From the NCBI GenBank assembly GCA_030704615.1, contig CM060732.1, positions 1,736,001 through 1,800,000 on the forward strand: a DNA stretch of 64,000 nucleotides, read 5' to 3'. A program made the translations under genes and the position numbers. Below the pieces are notes generated by a model. It ran no database searches. It was not told the DNA's origin and saw nothing but the letters and a program-made list of their open reading frames with translations. Shown here piece after piece: positions 24,298-38,700 of this stretch. This DNA comes from Takakia lepidozioides (lineage: Eukaryota > Plantae > Bryophyta). Numbering within the stretch: the first letter of the stretch is position 1; each line of letters opens with the position of its first letter.

Positions 24298-25359
24298 CTG
24301 AGACTGTCCTCTGGAAAGAGTCAGTTGCGTCAGTTTTTTATTCGTAGGAAGTTTTGGCCCTTGACATGGATCGAGGGCAGATGAGGCGTGAGCAGAACCC
24401 GTGAGCAAATTCCCTGATGCGTGAGCAGATTGAAAGCGTGGGCAGATTACTGATGCGGACCCCAAAACCGAGGGAACAAGTGGGCCTATAGCAGTGGACG
24501 CGAACTCCACTACAAGGACGCAGTGTCCATTCAATCGGATCGAAGACAGACAGGCTCCATAATGACAATGTGGCACAAAAATGTGATGAAAAAGGTTTTG
24601 GATGAATGTATGTGGGATGAATGCAAACGAGAATGGATGAACGCTGGATGATTCTCGGATGAAAAATTGCCCAGACGAGTAAACCATGGATAACTGCAAT
24701 AACATGTATCATCAGGGATGAGCATGCGCACGGAAGCGGCCATTAAGCTGTCGTCAATGACAGCTTAACAAAGTCAAACGCAGCCCATGTCAGCACACGA
24801 TAAAACCATAGGGGGGGGGGTTTCTTTTTTGTGCAGGGAAGCAGGCCTAAAGGTGCCCGACACGGCAGCTCAATTCCGAATAGGGACACATGACATTTCA
24901 ACTGAGGGAGCACATGCCTTACCGGTAAGTGGGTGTGTGGAGGGGCTGCAGATTAAGGTGTCGTTAATGACATCTTAATTCCCAGCTGCCCTGTGCCAAC
25001 CTGAGAATTGAACCCAACGGGAAAAAAAAAAACGATTACATGTCATTGAAGAGGGAACACATCCCAAACATGTGTGCAGGGGTTGGGGGATTAAGGTATC
25101 GTCAACGATACCTTCATTCGGTGCCCTTTCCGAACATGAGAAAACCAGAAAATCAAGCCCAAAAAAGAAAACCACAAAATCGACATAACATTGATGAAAG
25201 TGGATCCATTCAGAATGACTGGTCTCATTCAATACAGTGGATCAATTACATAGCATTGCTGCAGTCACGAAAGTGGAGCCATTCCAAAATATTGAAGTCA
25301 TTCAGCAAAATGGAGTCATCGTCAGAGATTGAACTCCTTCGGAACACTTCACATTTCAA

Positions 25360-25800
25360 CTATCATATCTTGCTGCAGAAGTGTCTGCACGTTACTGGGA
25401 CCCATTGTGCATTGGTGAATGCACGTGTCTCGTTGAGGATCACAAAACATCATATGAATGTAGATGTAGTAAAGATGTTTGCATGGGACAAATTTTCCTC
25501 TCTTTCCAATGGAGCTATTTTATCGTGTTATCGAAGTCCGGGCATGTGCAATTTGGAAAATTCCCAATAGTAATCTCATAAGTCATGTCATGAAGAACAG
25601 ATCCCGATGTCACCATACTGTACACCCGCCCATAGCCTGGAGGGGGGACATTCACAATTTGGATAACCCAACACTGCAGGGTTCTTGCAGACTCAATTTT
25701 GCACTGGTTATCTGGACCTGCCTCAACACGACGAACCAGTTTTCCATTCCTTTTTGTTGGCCAGTCGACCATCCCCTTCTTAAAAATAACAGTAAATCAC
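25360..25800 (-). pseudogene. SWIM zinc-finger coding remnant (transposon-associated)
   Basis: YEITIGNFPNCTCPDF, then after a lesion CPCKHLYYIY..F, giving the CxC..CxH SWIM pattern. Confidence 0.7.
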
Positions 25801-26967
25801 TACTGATGTGTCTAAGGTACATTTAAGCACCGACACCTAGTTAAAAAATTTAATTAATTTTTCCTAGAGTATCCATTACTATAACATAAAATCTCTTTTA
25901 TTTTAATCCTTCAGATCTGCCCCCTCCACCTGAATGGACCAGATCAAGCCACTTGTTTTTCATCCATCCAGAAATCCAGCTTGTAATCCATCCATCCACG
26001 GATTTCATCCAGTTGCATCCGTCCACTGTTATACCAGTACTTATACTCCTTCTGGCTATATCACTTAGTAGTATTTCTTCAACCTTGGGTTTCCGCTGTC
26101 GTATGTAAATATAAATATAAATATAAATATAATTTACATCCCTCTATATATATATATAATACTTATTCTCCTAGTATTTAGACCCAATATCTCCAATCTT
26201 TTAGCATATATACAATGTCTCTTCTCCCCGTTATTTCCTTCCATAATTTGAGTTCTATTTTCCGTTACCTATACTTTTAAAGCCATACCCTCTCTATATT
26301 AATGCTGAAAGTTTTATATATTGCAATCTTATCCCTTATATGTATCTAATCTTTCTATATTAATTATATAAATATACAAATATATATATTGGATATTTAC
26401 AAGGCTGGTTCACTAAGCCTTTAATATTTCAGCATGTATAATAATTTCTCTATCGTACTATACCATAAATTGAGTTGATTAGTCCACCTTCCTCCTCAAT
26501 CTACAACTCCATATATATGTCTTTGTACATATTAGCTATATATCTTTAAAATAGTTATAATTACTTCCATGCTATGTTGAGTTCAGGGAGAGGCTTCTAA
26601 GCTTGAATGATAGCGCTCAACTGCCTTGAGAGTCTTCTGTTGGTGAGCACCCCTTAGTAAAAATAGGCATATTAGCCTGCATGTGCTAACCCAAGGGACA
26701 TCGATCCTAAATCATTCTTGGCGTTGAAGACTATTTGTTGAGTTTTAGACATACCTCCATACCATGTAGCTTTTAGAGTATTGTTCGCAAACTAAAAGCT
26801 ACGTTCCTGTAACTGCCAACTCCTTGTCAGAAACTTCAAAGGTATAGTGTCGCTAGAACTATGTAAGAAATAGTGAAGACTGGCTTTGTTTGATAAAAGC
26901 TTTTCTATTTCCAGGGCCATAAAGCAAACGTAAGCACAACCCTGATATAAAAATAATCGAGAAAAGA

Positions 26968-27040
26968 GACAGTATTGGGTTCGAACCCTATAGCATCAAC
27001 GATACGCATGACATGTCTTACCGTCAGACCACCCATCGAC
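26968..27040 (-). other. tRNA-like Pol III A/B-box remnant (SINE head or tRNA pseudogene)
   Basis: On the - strand, TGGTCTGACGG (A-box-like, 27021-27031) and GGTTCGAACCC (B box, within 26977-26988) at tRNA-like spacing. No convincing cloverleaf. Confidence 0.45.
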
Positions 27041-29789
27041 TTTAGCATGTAGGCATGTTTTTAAATTTTTGAACATTGTTATTTCAGTCGCTGAATATTG
27101 TTCAAAGATACCATATTTTTTGGTATTCAGCCATTCTTGCTGAGTCATAGTAAATCCTTTCACTGTTATTTAAATTCTATATATATATATGTACACCTGT
27201 CAATGTCTACAAATCCAAAACACCAAGTAGACAAAACATTTGATAGTGGTAGTAAAATATATTACCATTGGTATGGTTTGAACACTTGTTAGTGAAGTTA
27301 TAGTAGAAACTTTCACTGTTAGTTATTGAAATTGAAATGTATATTACAAAATATATTTTTCATAATTACAGTTGACAATGTTTGACTTAGGGTGGTAGAA
27401 TAAAGGACTTTGTAGTGAAACTTTTGATAGTTGTAGTGAAGTCTTTTTACTACGTGGTGCTAGAAATAGTGAAAAGTGGCAAATAGTGAAACTCATAATG
27501 AAATACTGACAATGTTGAAAACCACATCCTACTCTAGTGTCTTTGAGCTCTAGTTTAATCACAAAAGCCTCTCCTCTTTCACAATCCAAAGCATTAAGCA
27601 AAATAGGTGTCATCGCTCAAGGTTGCAGAAGAAGTAGGAAAACACAGGAAACATCAAGCGGCTGATAGATGCACCAGCATCGCCGCTTCTTATGACCAAA
27701 AACGAGCGCGTAATCTAAGCAGCTTGAACGACACTGCCACCACCCTATAATTAGACTCAAGCCTCTACGCTCATGCAATAGTACCCGGGAGTCTCCAGTC
27801 TCCAGCACATTTTGTGCGTGGATGAGATTCGCCTCTCCTCACAAGATAGGGGTGTACAGCTCAGGAATTAGCATGCAATGCAAAGGGACCCGTAGAGGAA
27901 CGATCCACACTGTCACGAATGTCAAGCATGCAAGAGAGACAACACATCCACAGAGCTGTAGAGCCACAAGTACACCAGGCTGAACATACAAGAAGTTGAA
28001 CCATTTACTCAAGGTGAGAGTGACCACATATCCAAAACCCCAGGTTGAGATGAGCCACCACCTGGCAGCTTAACATAGATCAACGAAATTCCTTCACATC
28101 CCAGCCATTGGAGCTTGAAAGGCTAGGATGACGTCAGCTTCACCAAGGGTTAGCTGTACACTGCGCGTGACATGCCAAGTATAACGGCCTAACGCCGTCT
28201 TCTACTAAATGCATAGGATGAACCTGACAGGTACAGAATGATAAAGCCGATTCTAACCAGGTCATAGGGCATCACAACCCACACAACATCTCTTCCAAGA
28301 GGAAGAGTACATGCAAAGTATTCCATCATCAACTTCACAACGATTGCTTAGGAAGTTTTGCACTGAAGAGCTCCATTTCATAAATATATATATTTGCTGA
28401 CGCCTCTTACGTCCACATGGAGAGCATGTATTCAAATGATTTCAACTTTGAGGTTCTGTACTTGTGGGAAACTCCAAATCTATCACCTAACAAACTTCCA
28501 GGTAGATCTAATTTAACCAACTGTTGAAGCCATGAAACGGCACACACTTGGGTTACTGAACTGTTTTTTTGGGGAGGGGCACATAAAGTCCCGGAATGTG
28601 TACATCTAACAGTAAACCTTCATGTGCATGAATGATACTCATAAGAGTGCAGACTTCTTTTTATTTCCCGCAGCTTGCTTTACAACTGGTTCTATTTTTC
28701 TTGGAGTGTGCAGGTTCTTAAGGCCAACCAGTCAATCGCGGTCCGCATTTAGCAGATCAGCATGTGTCCATTTTCTAGCAGTGGAACAGGCAGCATGTGG
28801 CGACATCCTCATCAGCAAAGCTCAGTGCACCTAAGGAGACTGCCAATTTGCAGTTTGGACAAGAGACTGGTCTCAGATGCAAATTGAGCTCGTGAGGCCA
28901 TTTTTTTCACACGCCAGCATTGAAGAACATGACTATTTTGTAAAAACTTCCAATGTAGTTCTTAGATGCTTGAGCTCAGAGGATGGATCAACGTCAAGGC
29001 CTGACTGCATCTACATCGTCCAAGAGACAAATAGGGCAAAAGCAGGGAGGTATAGAGTCTAGAGGGGCATGGCCTGTGTTCCATTCGCCTTCTGCAAAGG
29101 AGGGGGTGGACCATGCTCCACTATGACTGTCTGTCATAGTAACAGGCAGTCTTGCCGAGCAGGAGGTGAGCGGAAGTTGTACTCTTTCCGCAATGACGCA
29201 CAAGTACAGGTACCTGTACTTGGACTTCAAGGGCTTACTTTCAAAGCAAATGTTTTCTCAGTGCAATTGCAGGAACCGCAACACTCACTCATCATTTTGC
29301 AATCACATACACATGTAAGTGCTGAGAAAACTACTGACTCATTTACAACATAAAGATAACATACATGACCTCAAAGGGACATCACTTTTAAATTTCACAA
29401 AATGCTATCACCTAGATGCCTCTCTACCTAGAGACTGTCGAATACTTTCTTTACCTTTGTTTGATAGTAGAATCCTAGGCTCAGTATTTCCTGCAGCATG
29501 ACTCCACCATAAAAAGGGGAGAAGCCGTAGTCACTAGAGAAGCTCGGCAACACATGGCTTCATGTTGCCGCACTTCCTTTGTTGCAGGTACACAGGAACT
29601 CCTCAACATGAACAGATAGATGTTCGGGATGTAGTCTTGCCTGCAACTTTGCACCGCACCGTCAATAACCTACTGGTTACGAAAAATTGATTTGGCTCAC
29701 ACAAGCCAATCACCGACTATACCAGGTAAGGGTTCGAAATTCTTCAATTCTGGTGTACATATTTTACAGTACCACTCTTCATCTACATA

Positions 29790-32700
29790 CTATCCGCCTT
29801 TCTTGGAATGCTCGCTTTTCATCTTGACTTCCTTTGTGAACATCCGTGGGGCAATGGCCATGGACATCAATTCTTGGAACAGAAGTTTGCACGCGTATGG
29901 AATGTGCACCTGCCACACCACCACCACTCTCATGAGTCTACACCTGACTTATTTATCCACCATAGCTTGGCACCCTTTGTCATTTTCCAGTATGAACCCT
30001 AGATTGCTAGGGGAAGTGGCTCTTAATTACGCTGGCATCGGCTGAAGTATTCTCACTCAATTAGGTACTAGTATCTTAACCAGTAACTAATCTAACGACA
30101 ACAGCACACATCCCCTTCCAGCTACTGACAGTATGGGCCCAGTTAAATTACAAGTGACAGTATGTGAGGTACTTGTACCAGCTACTGAGAAACATACGAC
30201 ACAGCACAGCAGAAACACGCACCTGAACTATATCTGTCTTGTTTTTACAGCCTCGGCATTCATATGTATTCTTCTTCAAATTGGCAATGGCTATTAGTCC
30301 ACAATGTTCACATACGTGAACACGGTAAGCATCACTTTGGTCAAACAGACGCTCCTTCAAAAAGTGGGCGGCCCCATGCGCAATCATGCAATCTCGTTCC
30401 ATCTCACCAAACCGCAGGCCTCCATCTCGAGACCGCCCTTCAGCAGGCTGGCGGGTCAATATTTGGACAGGACCACGCCCTCTTGAATGGATTTTGTCAT
30501 CCACCATATGTTTTAGCCTTTGATAATAGGTTGGTCCCAAGAAGATCATGGCACTCAACTTTCGGCCAGTATGCCCGTTGTACATCACCTCAAAGCCCCT
30601 CATCTGATAACCACATTTGTGCAGCGCCTTGCTTATATTATCCACCTTCAATTCCCCAATCACAAGTGAGTGAGTTCCCACTCTGATAAAGAGTAGAGAA
30701 AAGTTAACATTTGTGGCAATTTGCTCCTAAGGAACAACACACTAGAGCTTACTTGAGAACATGGATAACTCAAAGACATGAAATATGTGATCTTGTGATT
30801 TCAGTTTCAAGAGTTTAAAACTTGTCACCAAACTGCCTACCCCGGAATTTGTCTTTTTAGTACCCAGTGTCTCAGGCACAGAAGGAACACGCTGGGGCCC
30901 ATGCAAATGGTCATACAGAAGATGTCTGCACAGGAAACCCTTATCCAACTAAGCTTTCAAAATGGGGGGAAAAAAGGACAAAACTTGTGACCTACCGTCA
31001 CATCTGTAAATGGTGTTGCATCACCTTCCTTGCCCATGTGGGCAGCAACTTTGCCCATGATGCACTCGATAAGCTGACCGATGGTCATGCGTGAGGGAAT
31101 GGCATGAGGATTCACAATAATGTCAGGTGTTATGCCCTCTTGCGTCCAAGGCATATCTTCCTGCGTATAAGTCATGCCCACCGTTCCCTTCTGCCCATGT
31201 CGACTGCTAAACTTGTCTCCTATTTGAGGTATTCGGATTGACCGAACCCTGATCTTCACAAACCGCAGTCCATCAGCGTTGGTTGTCAACAGAACCTGCA
31301 ATCCAATGGCACCCAACTCTCAGCTCTCTTCCCTCCCCAAGTATGATACAACACCATGTTTAGACCACCCTGCCTCTTCCCTCTCCTTCACAAACACAAC
31401 TGTGCAAACCAGCATGCAACGCATATTTGATCCCCATGGTCAATGGGCAACAGAATAATGTGTCCACTACATGCAGACTGGTTGGGTGAAAACCTGATCA
31501 ATCATGCCACTTTCACTGTGGCGCAAGCATGTGCTCTGGTCACGCTTGGTGTAGCGCTGTGCTTGACTGGCATTGTCGTCCTGGGGCAGAGGTGTGGTCT
31601 TGCCAATTATCACATCCTCGCCTGACACACGAGTACCCTGCACCCTCCTCAAACATGTCAGTGCCAATATACAGGAGTTCACAGTCATGGCATGTTTGAG
31701 CACATTTTATTTGCAAGCATGTAATGATGTAATAATCATAGAAGAACTCCCACATGGAATGACTCTCCCTAATTACCAGCATGGCACTTTGCCTACAAGA
31801 AATAGATGCATCCTTCACTAACTTCTCACATGTGACACCATGATAGCATGGGGAAACCAGTTGGAAATACAGAGCTAGTTCACAGGAGGCCAAGCTTGAA
31901 TTCCAAAATAGTATTGTGAAGCTTACTGGGGGGGCAAGTCCATCATCATCCAACTTGTCATAAGACCCATGCCGCATGCCCTGCCACCCATCCAACCGTA
32001 GTCGGCCAGTAACGTTGAAAAAGCATTTTACACGAGTTCAACAACAATCTAGGAGCATCTAACCACCAAAAGAATAACAGAAAGTTTTCCTCACTGACAA
32101 GCCTACACTAGTTGTACAATTAGTAGAACCTGACGGGATGTCCAAAAGTCAAACAACCCACCCTCAAACAGCAATAAAACTTTGGCATCCTTGCTACAGT
32201 ACATAATCTCCACTACAATGAAGATAATGCAATGTAGCTCCACAGGCAACTCACTGTAGTGTTCTCCCTGTTTGGTCGCTCAAACTCCTCTTTGATCAAA
32301 GTGCCTTGCTTTTTCTCCTCATCCCTGATTCAAACACACAATTCCATACAGAGTTACATAAAAACTGTGAGTTGAGAGGCTAGTAAATCAGCACACGCAT
32401 ACAAGAACATCTTTAGAACTTTTCGCCTGTGTGTATACACCCAAGACATCGACTCCAACTCGTCAACATTCTGTACAATCAGATAGCCATCTGAAGAAGG
32501 TCCATCAAAGTCACAAAACGAAATGTGGAGAGAGTTTTTAGTGTTCCTTAAAATCCACTTCAATATCAAAAAGCCTTTCGCTTCCTTGTGGCAATGTAAG
32601 TGCCCTAAACCTGCCCCTGATTTGTAGAGGGAGAAAAGGAAACACTAATCTTTTGTATGGTCATAGGCTGGCAGTACGAGATAATTGCTTCCAAAATACC

Positions 32701-35700
32701 TGTAGGATCGATAAAAGATGGAGCGGAAGAAGCCACGATCAATAGAAGACTGGTTCATGATGACAGAATCCTCCTGATTGTAACCCGAGTAGCAGGCAAT
32801 GGCGACTACAGCATTCTGCCACCCCATACCCTCACTAAATTAATATGGTCTAGGAAAAGCAGGTAATAAGCATGGCCTTTCGATCCAATCTTAGATGGCA
32901 CTTTGTGACGAATATAAGAGAATATCTACAGCAACTAAGAATGTCACAACACAGAATGAACAGTATGTAGGTAGCACTCAAACACAGCTCAAGAAACGTG
33001 GAAACACAATGCAATTGAAACAAGGCTTACAATGCCGGCAGGGAGTTGCCGAAAATGCAGGTGCTCCATGGCTCGTGTTGTCACAAGTGGCTTTTGAGGG
33101 TAATACAGCACGTAGGCCAGAGTGTCCTGCTCCCACATACACCAAGTACCTCTTACAGTTCCCTTATACTATTTGAAGCTATCAATGACCTTCCCACTTC
33201 AAATAACTATGGAGAAGAGCATAAACAGTTTGTTTATGCCATTAATAGTACAAGTAAAGTTGGCCACAATAAAACTACAGACACACAGTCCAATTTCAAC
33301 ACAGCACTCGTATACTGACCATGCGGAGTTGATAATTTGTGACATAGATGCCCATTGCCTGCTTGCCCATAGCAGATTGATAGGTGTTACGTGGCGACTG
33401 CAAAACACAACACTTCGCCATTACACATTTGGCTCTCCCAACAAACTAATGCTCCCACAAGTATGGAGGTCAGATGCACATGCAAAATGAGCAAGAAGTC
33501 CTCAACTAACTTGAAAATGCCAAAAAATTACACTTAAAAGTGTGAAGCGAAGCGAAATTACAGTTAACAATCACACATCAAATATTAGGGCATAGGATGA
33601 TACCTGATTATGATCAGGAAAAGGAATGATTGAGCCACAGACCCCAAGAATCATGGAGGGATGAATTTCACAATGTGTGTACGTGTCTGAGTAGGCCTCC
33701 TCAGGATTGTTTCTTGCATTTACCAAATCCTGCCATCATTGACCAAAATTAGCCCTCTTACACAAACTAGTGTGCCCTCATGTTGGCGTTCTCACCTGTA
33801 GGCTGGAACCATTACTAACTAAAGATCCGAAGAGGTCTTTAGTATCATCCCATTCCTCTCTTTCCTCCAGTCACTCCGTCCACTTCTTCATGTCATTATT
33901 AACAGTTTGAATGTCCTATTACTGTTTCGTAGTTTATTCATTTGGAGCAGCTATTTCCTCAGAATGTCTATGAGAGTTGGCAATGAATGTCTTTTAAAAC
34001 ATCTCCCCAATTGTAGTTACGAATAAAACACATGTCACGTCCACCATACCGCAATTGTCATGGAGATCATGGTTGTCTCCTCTTCCTCTGTGTCCACATA
34101 CTCAATGAATCCTTTCGACACCAAGTCGTACCACCCACTTTCGGGAGCCTCCTGCAAACGGCAGATGCCGTTCAGTACATTTAGTAACATCAGCTCCCAT
34201 CCACAATTTAGTGCCACCTATCCCAATAAAACACATTATATCAAAGTTCATTGAGAAAGACAGACTCCGCACCTTCTGCTGCAGAGCTCGCACATCTTTT
34301 TTCTTGATAAGCAGCCGTTGCTTCTCTACAATGAAGAGAGGGCGACTGCAGCGGCCATAGTCTGTATAAAGCCGCAACTCCTTGAGTCGGATGTCTCGCA
34401 CTACTCCCACTTCTGTGTTGACATCAACCTGCCTCAGAGACATGTCAGCACCAATCTTCAGTGATCCCTAAGTTCTCTCCATCAAGCTCGTTCTGAGATG
34501 TGGAAGTATTTAGCAGCATCATTGAATTGAAGTTCGCTGCAACACCCTCCATCATCCCCTACGGCCAGTCTCATCATTCCTGGCAGTGGAACAGCCTACA
34601 AGGGACCATACCTGTCGACGAAGCTGTCGAAGAGTACGCACGAGCAGCTCAGGGTCACGATGAATGCCAACCCAGAGGCCGTTCACAAAAATCTTTGTTG
34701 AATTGGGAATAACAGCTGGAGATATTTCCTGCAATGTAACTCCTGGTCAACTTACAATTGTGCCAGTACACAGATATCCAAATATGCATTTCACAACTTG
34801 AGAGTAAGGAATCTGACCTCAAAATTTTCAGTACTCCATTCTTCCAAAAACTCCAGGATGGGGTTAGCAGCTGAGCCAACAGTGATGTAAGCCATAAGGG
34901 CCAAATTCTTTACCAGCCCACAGGCCTGCCAGAGCACAAACACAATTACACTTCATTTGGAAAGGCGACCATATGTGGAGCAATGTGAGAGCTTAGTAAA
35001 CTCTGAAGCCACATACGTAAATAAGCATAAATCGCAGCACAATTTCCAATTATGAGGAACAATGCACACCTGCCCCTCTGGAGTTTCAGCTGGGCACATC
35101 ATGCCCCAGTGAGAATTGTGCAGTTGCCGGGGCTTGGCCAGCTTTCCTGGAAAACGAACCCCAGTATTTGGGAGTGAGTGAAGTCTCTGTACCTTAAGCC
35201 TCCGAGAAAGAACGAAATAAATGAACTGGAGGTACATTGGACGTAATTAAAAGACAATGCCAACCGTAGTGTCCTCACCTTCACGCCCAATTGGAGAGTT
35301 GAGTCTGCGCAAATGTGAAAGCGTTGAAGCGTAAGTTAAGCGATTCAGCACCTACATCAGTACCATTCCAGCATGTGATGGAAGGATTGTCCCAAAATCC
35401 AACTGTCAAAATCATGCCTACATAAACCGCCAATGTCATAGTTACCAACTTCAGCAGGGATCCTTGAGCATCCAGAAGCACTTGGAAGGCACGGACTGTA
35501 GCATTCATTAGAGAAACAAACCCTAGATAGCTGATTCTTACTGAAGCCTGCACAGGAGACAATCTATTAAGAATGTCCCGAAGGCAACCACAGATGGTAG
35601 TCCTGGAATGATGTCCGACTAGCACCAGCCACCAACATGGAGAACAAGTTAGCGAAATCGCCCAAAGCAGCAGTCACACGTGTTAACGCTATGTTCAGAA

Positions 35701-38700
35701 ACTAGAAGAGATCATACCTGCGACACACCTGCCCTTACACCAGCTGTATTTGCTTGGCCCCAATTTCCAGTAGCCAGAGAGTACTTCAAGCCGCTGGTGA
35801 TGGTCTTCGCCTTGACTGCATATGCCAAATTTATCTCCTTCCCATTGTCGACACACTGTTCATGTACAAGCAGCCAACCCAACATGTGAAGAAACAGGCA
35901 TGTGTGTTTTTGTGAATGTCAGGTTCAGACATGCTAGATTGTTGAGTGGAAGAGACTTATGACAATCCATACTTACATTGTGGTCTGACTAAACACATTA
36001 TTGGCTACAAAGCTATGGCACGTCTTTAATGACAAAGAAGTCTACTTACAAATGTATTCTTTGTACCTCTCTTCACACACAAATTGGGCGATAGGTTTGT
36101 TACTTCCCCTCCCCCCGCACCACATGTTACATTCATCATGCATGCAACGAGCTGAACTACATCTCAATATGCAAACGGGATATTATCAGTCTCACAGTTG
36201 AATTTCGAAGACTTTCATCCTGGAGGGGCCACATCCCCTACGTTCCACTACTGAAATACTACAGCATCTGTGTTGTGTAGTGCCAAGCAGACACAAATTT
36301 GTCTCGCACGTTCTAAAACATATAAAAACAGAATTCTCTAATAACCTTCACAATCTGTTCCCAGATGGTGCAAAAGAAAGCCCATTGCACCTGTTTCTTA
36401 ATACTGAACACCACCCCATGGGCCATATCACCCCACCTGTCCCTCTCACATAAATGTGCAGAGGTTCAAGCTTTAGGGTGTACCTTTTGCAAATAGCCTC
36501 GCACATCCTTGGTGAGCTTCCGGAATAGCTGCACAAGCACAACCAACTTTCAAATATCATCTTCATTCCTCCTCCATTCCGACTTGCATTATAGAAATCC
36601 GAAATTTCACAGCAGTCCAAAACAGATCTTCACCACTCAAGACCCAGTTTCATTTGAGCTCATCAAAGTTGCCATCTTCGTAAGAAAAGCACAAGCAACG
36701 TGCACATACCATACGAAACAAGCCTCCAAGGAGAGGCCCAGCAAGATCTAGCCGCTTATTGCCGTAGTGATCCCGATCGTCCTCTGCTCGCCGTTCCAAC
36801 GCCACGAGGAGCAGACGATGGATAATATACCTACCCATACATCAGCATCATTGATGCCAGCTCAGTTGCTTTGATGCTTCTTTGAAATGAAGAGAAAGGT
36901 TTGCAATGCGTAATTGGTATTTGATATTTTTGGCTTCCAGTCAGGAGCACGCACCCAAAGAAGTAAGCCTTCTTTGTCTCACAAAACTCTCCTACCCCCA
37001 CATGAGGCAGCATCTCCTTCTGCAAAATCTCCTTAGCATACCTGCCAAGCCACCAACCTCTTACACCCCTGCACAACTACTACCTGAATATGCCTGCTCC
37101 ACTCTCCAAATCAAACGTGTTATCAGTGTCTACATCCAGCTTTCCTACAGAGAAGAATAACCCTCTTAAGGAGAAATAAGTTTCTTACCCACATGTCACA
37201 ACACACATCAATGCCTGCATCATATCCCAATAAGGCAGACAGACTAACATCAACATCTGCCACTCACTTGATACGTTTCTCCCTTGTGACTCCGACAGTA
37301 GAACCTCGCTTTCCAATGTAGTCAAGTGCCACCTGGCACAGAACAAATAACAAGCCAATGAAGCAAATCCTTGCATGAACAAGAAACGGAAATCAACCTC
37401 TTGTACAAGAGATAGACATACCTGTTGATTTTGGATCACAAATGCTTCCTCTAGAGAAGGCCTCAACAATTCCATCATGACCGTGTCGCTAAAGTCATAG
37501 CAGATGTGCTCCAATATGTCCTTGTCCGCCACAAAGCCCAATGCTCGAAATACTACGATGATTGGGACCTCCGAGCGTATGTATGGTAAGGTTGCTCGGA
37601 TGTATTGCCCAGAAGAGCCCTGCACGGCAGGTTACCATGCAAAGTACATGTAAGTCTGACAAAAAACCTCCAAGCAACCAAATAACAACTTGAAGGACAA
37701 GTCTATCCAGAAGGCAACACTATCTATTTATACCTTTATACACACACACACACACACACACACTACATGCTGTACACTGTCAGTAAGGGAATCATTATCT
37801 CAGCCCACAGTATCATATTGACATAGTACAACAACAGGATACTTCTCATTTCCAATCCACGTCACAGGGCCCGCTAGAGCACAGTTCCATCTTGCATGTA
37901 GGATGCCAATACCATGCGAGATACCTGTGGCAGTTCGGCATATAAATTCTAACCCAACAGAGCTTCAGTAGCGAGTGATCATTCACTCCAGCCTAACTAC
38001 ATGCTCTCCAGACTGTATGAGAGAGTCGGCCATTATGTCGCTCACTGACTCTCCTTTCCACCTTATTTGTAGGAAACGGGCTCCATGGACTGCGACTTGT
38101 TGGGTGCCCTTTCCACCCACTGACGTCTCAGTTGGATTGACAGTGGGCACCCGATGTGTGATCATATATGATGTACACACATCAATATAATGCAATCATG
38201 ACGGCATAACAAAAGTATAAATACGCCAACTATTATTACCAGTCACTCAAGGAGATTAGATGCTGATAGCTCATTGGATGTGAGTCTCCAGCATCTCCTG
38301 CAATGGTTGAGTGGTACAGCTTAAGACTACGTCCTCCACTCAACCCGTCCTCTCTCTCTTTTCAAGCCCAGAAGCTGATAAAGGGGTATAGCCAAGGAGA
38401 ATAACTGACCCCTTTTGCACCAGCTCTGGAGAGCATCCGGACAAACATGCTACTTGCAGGCCTGTTCTGTGTCTCAGCCATCGAACGCACTTCGGCCACA
38501 AATGCGTACTTGTTGGGCTGTCTCTTCTTGAACACATAAACATGGTTGGTGCTCATTTTCTCTTGAGCAATTAGCACCTTCTCACTCCCATTGATGATGA
38601 AATAACCTCCTTGATCATATGGGCACTCCCCCAGCTCTGTCAGATCTTTGTCTGAATTCTGATACAATGTGCAGTAGCTCGACCTCAGCATGATGGGCAC

